Assembly: GCA_964618805.1 (NCBI GenBank)
Contig: CAZUBM010000005.1
Span: 1 to 64,000, forward strand
Length of the DNA: 64,000 nt
Origin: an uncultured Nitrososphaerota archaeon
Lineage (GTDB): Archaea > Korarchaeota > Korarchaeia > Korarchaeales > Korarchaeaceae
Direction of reading: 5' to 3'
Below, one piece after another: positions 38,644 to 47,943 of the stretch. Each line of letters starts with the position of its first letter. The stretch's first letter is position 1. Under the pieces are notes generated by a model. It made no database searches, had not been told where the DNA came from, and saw nothing but the letters and a program-made list of their open reading frames with translations. The position numbers and the translations under genes were made by a program.

Positions 38644-39882
38644 GTGGTTGCCCTTATTTCTCATGTTGCTAAATATGCTCTAGAGAATCCTAGCTCGATT
38701 AGGGAAATTATGAATATAGTTGCTGATTTTAGGAAACATCCAGAGAGATATCCAAGGCGTCTGATTTATTTTGGAGGAGGTTGGCCTCAGGATCCCCCTC
38801 CTGAACCGCTTAGAAAGGCGTTTATTGAAGTTATAAAGGATGAGAAGAGCTTTTTGTTTTCAGCAAGGTATCCACCAACTAGAGGGGATCCTGATTATTT
38901 AGAAGCTTTAGTTTTATATGAAAAAGAGATATTCGGTAGGGAAATCGAAGAGTCTGAACTTCTGAGCGGACTTGGTTCTACAGACTTGGCTGCAGCTCTT
39001 TTCTTTTCGATATTAGATCCTGGAGACGAGATCATTCTAACGAATCCTTGTTATCTTAATTACACAAGACAAATAGAGATCATAGGTAGGCTTGGAATTA
39101 ACATAAAGAGATGGCAAACGATAAAGGATGGAAAATTTAGTCCAGACCTAGATGAACTTCAGGAGTTAATTACAAATAAGACAAAGCTCATTTTGTTAGT
39201 AACTCCTGGAAATCCTGACGGACAAGTTTTTGATGAAAGGGTATTTGAAGGGATAGTGGATATAGCCTCAGAAAAGAATGTGCTTGTGGCAATCGATGTA
39301 GCTTATAGAGCATTTCATTATAGAGATGGAATTCCCTCTTATCTCTCCAGACCTCGTAAGGATCATGAGATCTGGATCGCAACCCTATCAAAAGAGCTTA
39401 GAGTCCCAGGGTGGAGAATGGGTTATCTGATAGCAGATCCGTCGCTTATAAGAGCCATTGAAACCGTGCAACAAGCTTTGACCCTGTGTCCAGCACATCC
39501 TCAGCAGTTAGCCTTTGTAAAAATGTTAGATCAGGAGAACATCATGAAGGAATTACGAGACTTTTTGTTAGAGAAAACTCCAAGAAAATATCATAAAGTA
39601 GCCTCACTAGTATGCAATGAATTGAATAGAATTCCAAACCTTCAGTATCTTCGCCCAGCGGGAGGTTTCTACGTTTTCTTTGACATAGGAAAAGTTATGA
39701 AAAGTTCAAAGAGATTTGTGTCTCAACTGTTAAATGAATGGCAAGTAGCTTTGGCACCTGGGATCGATTTTGGTATGGAAGGATGGGTGAGACTTTCATT
39801 TGCTCCAGTTGTTGAGGACGAGAACCTCCTTAAAGAGGGTATGGAGAGAATTAAGAGATTTATACTTTCTAAGGTCTCCTAA
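38644..39882 (+). CDS. class I/II PLP aminotransferase
   Basis: GGGWP, TPGNPDG, DVAY, SKELRVPGWRMG. Confidence 0.9.
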   Translation: MVALISHVAKYALENPSSIREIMNIVADFRKHPERYPRRLIYFGGGWPQDPPPEPLRKAFIEVIKDEKSFLFSARYPPTRGDPDYLEALVLYEKEIFGREIEESELLSGLGSTDLAAALFFSILDPGDEIILTNPCYLNYTRQIEIIGRLGINIKRWQTIKDGKFSPDLDELQELITNKTKLILLVTPGNPDGQVFDERVFEGIVDIASEKNVLVAIDVAYRAFHYRDGIPSYLSRPRKDHEIWIATLSKELRVPGWRMGYLIADPSLIRAIETVQQALTLCPAHPQQLAFVKMLDQENIMKELRDFLLEKTPRKYHKVASLVCNELNRIPNLQYLRPAGGFYVFFDIGKVMKSSKRFVSQLLNEWQVALAPGIDFGMEGWVRLSFAPVVEDENLLKEGMERIKRFILSKVS

Positions 39883-40023
39883 ATCATAATTTTAAATAGG
39901 ATAGCTTTCTTTACGTCTATGGAAAAATTAAAACAGTTAATTGAAATCAAAATGAAAGCAATTAAACGATGATATAGGCCTTTCATTCTAATTATTTATG
40001 AATATGTTTTGAAGAAAGCCTGA

Positions 40024-40356
40024 TTAAACGATTTGTTTCTTTAGAAACTTCAGAGGAATGCCTTTCTGGGCTTTTGGCAAGCGAGTTTGCTTTCTGTCCT
40101 CTTCTGCTCTTGGTCGCACAATACCTCTATGTATCGCACAGCTTATGCAGTAGTACCTAGTTACAGGTTTTTTGGATACGTACGTCCCCTGCTTCTCTAG
40201 TTCTGAAGAAATCTGACCTCTGATAGGCGATACCCATCTAGTCTCCTTTATTGCTTTATCAGCCGGTATAGACGCTCCACAGAGTGAACACTGGACCATA
40301 CCTTCATGTCCAGCTCCGCTAAGCCTTCGACCCCTATTTCTTCTTTTCTTTGGCAT
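40024..40356 (-). CDS. rps26e: 30S ribosomal protein S26e
   Basis: MPKKRRNRGR, CSLC..PADKAI, YCISCAIH. Confidence 0.96.
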   Translation of the reverse strand: MPKKRRNRGRRLSGAGHEGMVQCSLCGASIPADKAIKETRWVSPIRGQISSELEKQGTYVSKKPVTRYYCISCAIHRGIVRPRAEEDRKQTRLPKAQKGIPLKFLKKQIV

Positions 40357-40607
40357 TTCAATAACTCAATGAGGAAAGGATCTATAAAAAGATGCTACTA
40401 AAAGGAGAGGTGGGTGCTATAGGTCTAAAAATAGTGTGGGTAAATCTGTTTTTAAATTAAATTATTTTGAAATATTTAGAAAGAAATTCCGTCTCAGAAC
40501 TGATGTTCACATGAGGTCAATAACTTCTATTAGGTTCATATTTGGGAGAAAAGGTATCTTTTTTTGAAATAGAATCATTAATTGTCGCCATTGCCCTTAA
40601 AAAAGGT

Positions 40608-41360
40608 CTAATATCTTTTCAGCGATTCACTTCCTTTATCTCCTTCAATCTTTCGTGCCAAGAATAAATTTTGATAAGAGTTTAGTATGTTGAACCTGGC
40701 CCCCGGAAATTCAAACTCCAGCTCCTTTATGCTTTGAAGCAACCTATCCTGCGGTTTCCAGTCTTTTCCTATCAGAAGCATTATCTCTTCTGTTGGTATA
40801 CGGAAGAAAGGTGTTACTATTGGTGGTTCTGTAGCATGATCTCCAAGCAAAATCTTGCCATTTATCACCCATGCTGGAGGGTATTTTCTCAACCCTCCCA
40901 ATAAAAAAAGACCTACTGCATCATCTAGGAAAAGTGGGATTACGATCTTAGTGAAACCTTTGCTTCTTGATCTTTGAATTGCATATTTAGAGGCCTCTAT
41001 AATTAAGTCCCATCGAGATGAAATGCTCAGAGCATTGTTTTCTTCTAGTTGAAGTCTAAATTCTCTAACTGTATCAATTGAACTTTCACTACAAGTTAAG
41101 CAAGAAATTATCACTCCAGGAAAGTCTTTTTCCATTTCTAAGAAAAGCTCTAAGGCCGGTTCTTCTGTCTCAAAACCTAGCAGGACTAATAAGATCTTAT
41201 CATCTTCTTTAAGAAGAGAATACCTTCCAACAGTCTGTCTGAGCCTTTTCTCAAGCGATCTTCTAAGACATTGAAGACAGAGGTGTTCTCCAGAGTATTT
41301 TCTGAAGATAATAGCCTCTTTCTCCTTGCACATAGTACACAGCATATGTTCCTCTGACAA
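40608..41360 (-). CDS. TtuA/Ncs6-like protein lacking the PP-loop
   Basis: CTMC...YSGEHLC..C zinc finger and ELEFEFPGARFNIL retained; SGGKDS, central CxxC and GH absent. Confidence 0.75.
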   Translation of the reverse strand: MSEEHMLCTMCKEKEAIIFRKYSGEHLCLQCLRRSLEKRLRQTVGRYSLLKEDDKILLVLLGFETEEPALELFLEMEKDFPGVIISCLTCSESSIDTVREFRLQLEENNALSISSRWDLIIEASKYAIQRSRSKGFTKIVIPLFLDDAVGLFLLGGLRKYPPAWVINGKILLGDHATEPPIVTPFFRIPTEEIMLLIGKDWKPQDRLLQSIKELEFEFPGARFNILNSYQNLFLARKIEGDKGSESLKRY

Positions 41361-41407
41361 TTACATGTAGTAAGAAAATTAAATTGGATGAAGCGTCGTG
41401 AACATAA

Positions 41408-42109
41408 ATGCCCTCCTTGATAACGCCAGAGAGAGTAGTAATATATGACAAAAAGCATTGGTCATTGCTAAGAAGACTTAGAAAGAGGGCAGCTATTATA
41501 TTAGAGCTTTTACTTCAAGTTGGCATCAAAGGAATATTGTATGGAAGCATTGCTCGTGGAGATGTGAGAAAAGGAAGCGACATCGACATAGTTGTGTTAA
41601 GACCTACTCTCCCCTCTCTTATAGAGGATTTTCTAGGCGAAAAGCTAGGAGATCCTCTTTACAAAGAGATAGTTCAGTCAACGCCGATAGGCGCGATTAA
41701 AGGTTACTTTCATTACGAAGAAAATCTCACAATATCTTTTCCTTTATCTCCTCTAAAAGAAAGAGAAGAACTTTTCTACAAATTTGGAGGGAGTATAGAT
41801 CTTGATGGGCTGAAGACAGATGAAAGGGTGCCTGGAGTTAATAAAAGGCTTGTTTTGATATTTCCTTTCAAGAAAGGTCATTATGAAGTCTCTGTTATAG
41901 GAAAGGAAAGCGTTATCGCAGATATACTTGGTATCCCCAAAGAAGTGATTGATGAGAGAGTTAGAGTTCTTACTAAACGGAGAGAGAAAGGAAAAACAGG
42001 TGTATACCTGAAGTACCGGTTACAACCAGGAGAAACATTCGAGTCGGCTCTAAGGAAGATTATGTTAAAGAGAAAGGGTATAAGAGGACGACTTGCAGAT
42101 CTCATATGA
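41408..42109 (+). CDS. Pol-beta-superfamily nucleotidyltransferase (conserved archaeal)
   Basis: YGSIARGD..SDIDI, FYKFGG, RVPGVNKRL, GKTGV. Confidence 0.85.
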   Translation: MPSLITPERVVIYDKKHWSLLRRLRKRAAIILELLLQVGIKGILYGSIARGDVRKGSDIDIVVLRPTLPSLIEDFLGEKLGDPLYKEIVQSTPIGAIKGYFHYEENLTISFPLSPLKEREELFYKFGGSIDLDGLKTDERVPGVNKRLVLIFPFKKGHYEVSVIGKESVIADILGIPKEVIDERVRVLTKRREKGKTGVYLKYRLQPGETFESALRKIMLKRKGIRGRLADLI

Positions 42110-42157
42110 GGACCAAGTAAATACCTCTATCTCACAACTCAAAAATACGGAGAGTCT

Positions 42158-42460
42158 ATGAGAATAAGGTCATATGTGTTTGCATTTTCAGCTGCGGTTT
42201 TAGGCGCTTCTATGTCATTAAATGAAGTGGTTGCAAAGCCCGTCATCGACCTTAGTCCCATGATAGATGACTTCATTAAAGAGCTTGGTCAACTCCTTTT
42301 AACAATTAAAGGTGCAGTTTTGAGCCTTGGTAAGATTTTAGGAGGTACTATCTTGATTATTGGACTTGTTCTATGGGCAAGCGATTTGTTTGCATATAAG
42401 GGAAGAAGGTTAATAACAGCAGGGGCATTACTTCTCCTCATTTTAGAGCTTCTGTCCTAA
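42158..42460 (+). CDS. small membrane protein, VirB2/TrbC-pilin-like architecture
   Basis: Signal-like N-terminus, amphipathic helix, two TM helices joined by YKGRRL. Confidence 0.6.
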   Translation: MRIRSYVFAFSAAVLGASMSLNEVVAKPVIDLSPMIDDFIKELGQLLLTIKGAVLSLGKILGGTILIIGLVLWASDLFAYKGRRLITAGALLLLILELLS

Positions 42461-42467
42461 CCATAGC

Positions 42468-43541
42468 TTAAGCAATAGGATACCTTAGTAAAGCTGCAAT
42501 TCCTCCAAAGTTTTGTAACAAGCGACCAGGTTCACCCTTTGAACTAAATATGTGAAACTCAGCCCTCGTTTTCTCGCACATATCTAAGATATTCAGAATT
42601 TGAGCCTTATTCTTAGGCGAAAAGAGAAGTTTATCAAGTATAAGAACTTTTTCAGCCGCTCCTGCATTTATGGCCATTCTAACATCGTCGAGACCATAAG
42701 CTACTAAGTTCCTCTTTTTTGATATCCTAAAAAGAAATTCCTCCATAAGCTCTGAATGTAAGATTAATGAAATCTCTTGGAGTAGTTTCTTGAACTCCCC
42801 TCTCTTCAGAATCTCCTCGAGCCCATTCATGGTAGCAGATGATGCATGGCCTATCTTCGTTATCGAAGCTAGTTCTGGTCTTTTTTCGGACAGATATGAC
42901 ATGAACTTTTCTTTCATAAAGCCAGGACCTGCTACTATAATGGCCTTCGATTTGAATCGATCCAAGTACTCTTGAATAATGTCTGCTAATTTCTTAAAGT
43001 AAGCTCTTTCATGCGAATATCTATCTAAATCTCCAGCGCCTTTTGATGGAATCTGTGATTCGACTTCGACAAGTTTTCTAAGTCCATACTCATCAACGCT
43101 TCCTACTACTGCCTTTTCTTCATCCATAGCCATTAGAAGAATTGTACCAATAGAACTTGCTTTTTTAGCTCTCTCTAACAAGGTTAAAAAGGCTGAGTGC
43201 CATTCAGTTTTTATTATCTTAATAGTAGACCCCTCTTTTACGTTAATAGTATGATGTCTCCCTTTAACGGAATATTTCTCAGGACATTCTAAGATAATGC
43301 CAGAGATCCTTGTTCTGTACGAATATGGATCAATCGTTATTTTCTCCACTCGCAGGGTTAACTTCATTGATATACGCTCGGTTTTATTACTCTCTCTTCC
43401 CCCTACCCTTATTTTCCGAGTTGTGACAGCAGTTACTAGATCACCCTGCTCTACTATTCCAGTTAACCAATATAGGTCCTCTAACCTCTCTATCCTTATT
43501 ACTAACTCCCTTTCCTTAGCGTTTAGTGAGAGTATTTTCAT
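42468..43541 (-). CDS. pelA: mRNA surveillance protein pelota
   Basis: EDLYWL, T.RK, G.HHT, AGPGF.K, AYG, GGIAALLRY. Confidence 0.95.
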   Translation of the reverse strand: MKILSLNAKERELVIRIERLEDLYWLTGIVEQGDLVTAVTTRKIRVGGRESNKTERISMKLTLRVEKITIDPYSYRTRISGIILECPEKYSVKGRHHTINVKEGSTIKIIKTEWHSAFLTLLERAKKASSIGTILLMAMDEEKAVVGSVDEYGLRKLVEVESQIPSKGAGDLDRYSHERAYFKKLADIIQEYLDRFKSKAIIVAGPGFMKEKFMSYLSEKRPELASITKIGHASSATMNGLEEILKRGEFKKLLQEISLILHSELMEEFLFRISKKRNLVAYGLDDVRMAINAGAAEKVLILDKLLFSPKNKAQILNILDMCEKTRAEFHIFSSKGEPGRLLQNFGGIAALLRYPIA

Positions 43542-43547
43542 GCTTAA

Positions 43548-44729
43548 TCAGCCAACAGCCACAACTCTTATGCCAGCAGGGATTTTTGTAATGTTGTGCG
43601 TGCTACCACCAACTATCATCTTAACACCAGCAGCAAACGCTTTTTCTATTATTCTCTGGGTTATTATCCCAGAATAAACAACATATCTTACTCCCTCATA
43701 ATCGTCAAGTGTTTCGTATAGAGAGTTGATTGGTACTTTAGCTATCACTTTTAAGTCCTCATCCAAGAGGATTGCCTCTCGCTTGTTCGTTACCTCCTTA
43801 AAGAATTGTACTAATGGTCGTGGTATCTTTCCAGATACACTTGGCGGGTGTGGCTCTGCCTTTCTTACCTCTTCCTTAGCCTGTTTCAGCCCTAAGAGAT
43901 TTCTAGCTTCTTCCGCAGGGATAGCAGAAGAAAGCGCTTTTCTAATCTCCTTTGCAGTTAAATTTTCCACTCCCTTTCCTTTTGGAGCTCTTGCTACATA
44001 ATCTATATCTGTTTGCTCTAATAAAGACCTTAGAATCATTTCTCCTCCTCGGTCACCGTCTACAAAGGCTATTGATTCTTTCTTTGAGATCAAATCAACT
44101 AAGCTTTTAGGAATCTTTTCAACAGCCCCGCCTATCGCAATGACGTTATCAAACCCATATCTTAATAAATTGTTAACGTCGGCTCTTCCCTCAACGACGA
44201 TGATTTCTCCAGAATCTCTTACTCCCACGCCACAAGGCAACTTCTCAGGTCCATAATAAGTCAGCCGCATTGTTGCTGTTTCTTTAACAACCTCATCTAT
44301 CAGATTCCTGTAGCTCTCCTCTGCCTTGGCTCCCCAATGTCTGAGAATATCTATTGCTCTCCTTCTTATCCTTTCTCTATCGCTTTCCCTTTCATCTACT
44401 ATTCTTTGTAGCGATAGAGAAGCCTGATATGGGCCAACTTTATCTACCGTCTCTATCGCAGCGGCTAGCAGGGCTGTTCTTATTCTATCAAGGTTTGATC
44501 TAAGTTCAATAATGCCAACAGAGTGGTTATCCCTGCGTCTAAGTTTAACGACTATCCTTCCCACTTTGCCAGACTGTTGAAGCTCTCTAAGCTCAAGTTC
44601 TGGGCCCAGTAACCCCTCAACTTGACCGAATATTGCACCTATTACATCACTCGGTTCTACTACTCCCCTCACTTCTATACTAAATGTTGCTAAGTACTTA
44701 TGAGAGGGGGTAGGCTCATACTGATTCAT
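43548..44729 (-). CDS. dnaG: archaeal DnaG (TOPRIM; exosome-associated)
   Basis: DVIGAIFGQ.EGL, VVEGRADV, DGDRGG. Confidence 0.95.
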   Translation of the reverse strand: MNQYEPTPSHKYLATFSIEVRGVVEPSDVIGAIFGQVEGLLGPELELRELQQSGKVGRIVVKLRRRDNHSVGIIELRSNLDRIRTALLAAAIETVDKVGPYQASLSLQRIVDERESDRERIRRRAIDILRHWGAKAEESYRNLIDEVVKETATMRLTYYGPEKLPCGVGVRDSGEIIVVEGRADVNNLLRYGFDNVIAIGGAVEKIPKSLVDLISKKESIAFVDGDRGGEMILRSLLEQTDIDYVARAPKGKGVENLTAKEIRKALSSAIPAEEARNLLGLKQAKEEVRKAEPHPPSVSGKIPRPLVQFFKEVTNKREAILLDEDLKVIAKVPINSLYETLDDYEGVRYVVYSGIITQRIIEKAFAAGVKMIVGGSTHNITKIPAGIRVVAVG

Positions 44730-44773
44730 GATAATCGTCCACCCTAATACAATCCAAATGAAAGTATCATTGA

Positions 44774-44858
44774 AATTGTTCGCCTACCAACTAGTCCCGA
44801 GGATCAAAGATCGGCCCACGCCGTCCTCTCTCACCTCGGGTCATGTGGTGGTAGGCAA
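44774..44858 (-). ncRNA. probable H/ACA guide RNA
   Basis: Minus strand: lower stem GCCTACCA/TGGTAGGC, open pocket, upper stem CCCGAGG/CCTCGGG, K-turn-like tandem GA, ACA 16 nt below the upper stem. Confidence 0.65.
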
Positions 44859-44879
44859 GTCTAATAGGTAGTAAGTCAT

Positions 44880-45956
44880 TTAAAAAGACCTCGCGATCAC
44901 TATTTCATTTAAGTCTCCCAGAAATTCAACGAAATCCTCCGTAAATAGGTCCTTGTTAGCCTCTATATCTTTCTGATTTTCCCTCAAAAAATTCAAAGCC
45001 GTTTCTCTCGTATAGTCCAACACTCCAAGCTTCTTAACGATTCTCCTAACGTAATCAAGCTCTGTAGTGCCAATACTTTGGTTTCCGAGGATGGACAATA
45101 ACTTTCTCTTTATCTTATCATCGGCTAGTTGCCATGTTTTAACTACTAGGAGAGTCCTTTTTCCCTCCTTGACGTCACTATCTGCTGGTTTCCCTATGAT
45201 CTTCTCGTTACCATATAATCCGAGTATGTCATCCTGAAGTTGAAAAGCTACACCTATTCTCTGACCGAATTTTTTGAGAAAGTTTATTGCTCTAGCGGAC
45301 GCTCCTGCCAGTATGCCACCCATTGCAAGAGAGGCCGAAAACAACGTTCCTGTTTTTAGCGAGAGCATTTTGAGTACTTCTTCTTCTGTGGGCATTGTAA
45401 CGGTACTTAGATAGAGGTCTAATAGCTGACCTTCAATTAATTTTCTATACGCAATTAAGTACTCAGAAGCTGCTTTCATTAGGATGTTTTCAGGGAAGCC
45501 TGATTCTAGAAGAGCTTCAAGACCTAACTCTATAAGGCTATCTCCACCAAGTATCCCTATTGATAGTCCTGCATTTCTTGGAGCTGGCGTTCTTGGAGAA
45601 AGACGCGACCAATCCTCCATTTGATAGTGAAAGGAGGGTCCTCCTCTTCTCTTTAGGCTCTCATCCATTATATCATCGTGGATTAATGAAGAATTATGCA
45701 ACAACTCCACGGAGATCGAAGCTCTTATGATGTTTCCCTCCTCTCCTCCGTTAGAGCCATAATATGAGGAGATTAAAGCAAGAGGTCTTAGTCTTTTGCC
45801 CCCTCTTAGGACGTAGGAGGAGAGTTCTCTATAATATCTAGCAACAACCTCGTCTTCTTGAGTTGAAATTTTTTCACTAAAGAATTTTCTTATCTCTTGT
45901 TCAATTAAGGGAACATATTTAGTTCGTAATAGGTCAAGCTGTTTTCCCATCTTCAT
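44880..45956 (-). CDS. polyprenyl (geranylgeranyl) diphosphate synthase
   Basis: GGKRLRP, HDDIMD..RRG, GQ..D, KT, FQLQDD, GK. Confidence 0.93.
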   Translation of the reverse strand: MKMGKQLDLLRTKYVPLIEQEIRKFFSEKISTQEDEVVARYYRELSSYVLRGGKRLRPLALISSYYGSNGGEEGNIIRASISVELLHNSSLIHDDIMDESLKRRGGPSFHYQMEDWSRLSPRTPAPRNAGLSIGILGGDSLIELGLEALLESGFPENILMKAASEYLIAYRKLIEGQLLDLYLSTVTMPTEEEVLKMLSLKTGTLFSASLAMGGILAGASARAINFLKKFGQRIGVAFQLQDDILGLYGNEKIIGKPADSDVKEGKRTLLVVKTWQLADDKIKRKLLSILGNQSIGTTELDYVRRIVKKLGVLDYTRETALNFLRENQKDIEANKDLFTEDFVEFLGDLNEIVIARSF

Positions 45957-46164
45957 CCAGTGACTTCAATCGATGAACTATAAATCAGTTGTGTGAAAAT
46001 TGTAAATCAACCATAATAGATTAGTCGAGTAAAATGTTCTTTAAAAATTAATGAAAGATTGATAAGAAGGGAAGGGTGTTTTACGAAGCATAGAATAAGC
46101 GTAGTAAAGGTTAAAAGCATAAGAGTTAAATGCCATCTTCAACTAATGGGAAGGTAGATCTCGC

Positions 46165-46371
46165 ATGGGTACAGTGAGAGAGAGAACCATAAAGAGAATA
46201 GCATATAAGCTCATCAAGGAATACCCAGAACTTTGGACTACAGACTTTGAACACAACAAGATGTTAGTTGCGAGAGTAGTTGATGTTAAGTCTAAAGAGT
46301 ACAGAAACCGCATAGCAGGATATCTCACTAGGCTTAAGGTTAGGGAACAGAAAGGAACTCTAGTTCTATAG
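46165..46371 (+). CDS. rps17e: 30S ribosomal protein S17e
   Basis: MGTVR..IKR, DFEHNK, RNRIAGYLT. Confidence 0.96.
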   Translation: MGTVRERTIKRIAYKLIKEYPELWTTDFEHNKMLVARVVDVKSKEYRNRIAGYLTRLKVREQKGTLVL

Positions 46372-46518
46372 AAAGAGAACTTTTAACACTTTCTGGGCCA
46401 TAAAAGCCTGTGAAAGATATCTGCGTTCTTAGAATTTAAATAAAAGCATTTCCGACTCGATTTCATCGCTTTCATCGCTTTCTCAGAAAAGCATTAAAAA
46501 GCTCCATTTGCTGAGATC

Positions 46519-47943
46519 ATGGTAAGCATGCGAGAGTTAAATGGACACGAATCACTGCTATCAAAAATTCAAGGGAAGAGAGCTAAAATCGTCGTCTTAG
46601 GTCAGGGATATATAGGTCTACCATTGGCTCTATTATTAAGTAAGGCAGGATATTCTGTCACTGGTTACGACGTCAACAAAGAGCTGATCAAAGATCTTAG
46701 AAAGGGTAAAGCTAAATTCTCAGAGCCAGATGTAGAGAATCTTCTTCAAGAATATCTTTCTTTGGGAAGATACGTTCCGGAGAATAGAATAGATGCAGCT
46801 TTGTCCGATAAGGATGTCTATATAATAGCAGTTCAGACGCCGGCCAAGTTAGACGGTCAACCTAATCTCACATACTTATTATCTGCGCTAAGGTTGGTTC
46901 TCTCTTATGCTAGAGGTAGATATTTACCCATTCTCCTCATAATCGAAAGTACAATTCCTCCAAAGACTATGGAAGAAGTCATATTACCTCTTTTAGAGAA
47001 AGAGGGTTTCTTTTTGGGAGAGGACATCTTTCTAGCATATTGTCCAGAAAGAGCTATGCCTGGAAGGCTGCTTAAGGAACTTTCTGAAGGAAACAGAATA
47101 ATAGGTGTCATAGATGAATCATCAGGTAGATTAGCAGCAAACCTCTATTCAAGTTTTACAAAAGGAGATATAAAGATAACACATGCTAGAACGGCTGAAC
47201 TTGTGAAATTAGTTGAGAACTCTTATAGAGACGTTAACATAGCATTTGCAAATGCTATTGCTCTAGCTTGCGAGGCTCTTAACATTGATGTAGATGAGGT
47301 ACGGGCTCTAGCAAATCTACATCCAAGAGTCAATATTCTAAGACCTGGTATAGGCGTTGGAGGAAGCTGCCTGATAAAAGATCCATATTTCCTTATCAAC
47401 TCTGTTTCTAACTCCAATATTGATTTGAACATCATCCGAACCGCAAGAAAACTCAATGAAGAGCTACCAAAGCATGCAGCTAAGCTGATAACAGACGCCA
47501 TAGAACATCGTGGTAAGAGACCTGAAAAGTCACTGATTGCTATTTTAGGAATAACATACAAAGGAAACGTGCGAGACTGTAGAAACAGTCCAGTCCTCAA
47601 ACTCATACGTATGCTTAAAGAAAAAGGTTTTAGAATCAAGATATATGATCCACTCGTCGGGGAGACCCCTGGGGATATAGATGAGCTTTGTAAGAGTCTA
47701 GAAGAAGCGGTAAGAGGTTCAGACTGCATAGTCATTGGCGCAGAACACTCTATGTTTCTTAAAATGGATTTAAATGGGATAAGAGGGCTGTGTAATGAGC
47801 ATCCGATATTTTTTGATGGAAAACATGTTTTTGACAGAAAGTTAGTAGAGGAAGCTGGTTTTGAATACTTAAGTGTGGGATGTCCAGCTAATGTCATAGA
47901 AATTTTGAGAGAAATTGCGGAACATCATATATACGAACCTTAG
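46519..47943 (+). CDS. UDP-N-acetylmannosamine dehydrogenase-like (WecC family)
   Basis: GQGYIGLP, ESTIPP, CPER, KLVENSYRDVNIAFAN, GVGGSC. Confidence 0.92.
   Translation: MVSMRELNGHESLLSKIQGKRAKIVVLGQGYIGLPLALLLSKAGYSVTGYDVNKELIKDLRKGKAKFSEPDVENLLQEYLSLGRYVPENRIDAALSDKDVYIIAVQTPAKLDGQPNLTYLLSALRLVLSYARGRYLPILLIIESTIPPKTMEEVILPLLEKEGFFLGEDIFLAYCPERAMPGRLLKELSEGNRIIGVIDESSGRLAANLYSSFTKGDIKITHARTAELVKLVENSYRDVNIAFANAIALACEALNIDVDEVRALANLHPRVNILRPGIGVGGSCLIKDPYFLINSVSNSNIDLNIIRTARKLNEELPKHAAKLITDAIEHRGKRPEKSLIAILGITYKGNVRDCRNSPVLKLIRMLKEKGFRIKIYDPLVGETPGDIDELCKSLEEAVRGSDCIVIGAEHSMFLKMDLNGIRGLCNEHPIFFDGKHVFDRKLVEEAGFEYLSVGCPANVIEILREIAEHHIYEP

Noticed and set aside
38404-38664. 86-aa minus-strand ORF
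   Set aside because: Antisense shadow of the 5S rRNA gene.
46461-46481. Short tandem TTCATCGCT repeat
   Set aside because: Two copies only; no recognisable structure.
47223-47897. 224-aa minus-strand ORF, and similar antisense ORFs such as 32973..33491 and 12209..12703
   Set aside because: They lie opposite well-supported genes and have Ser/Ile/Pro-rich shadow composition.
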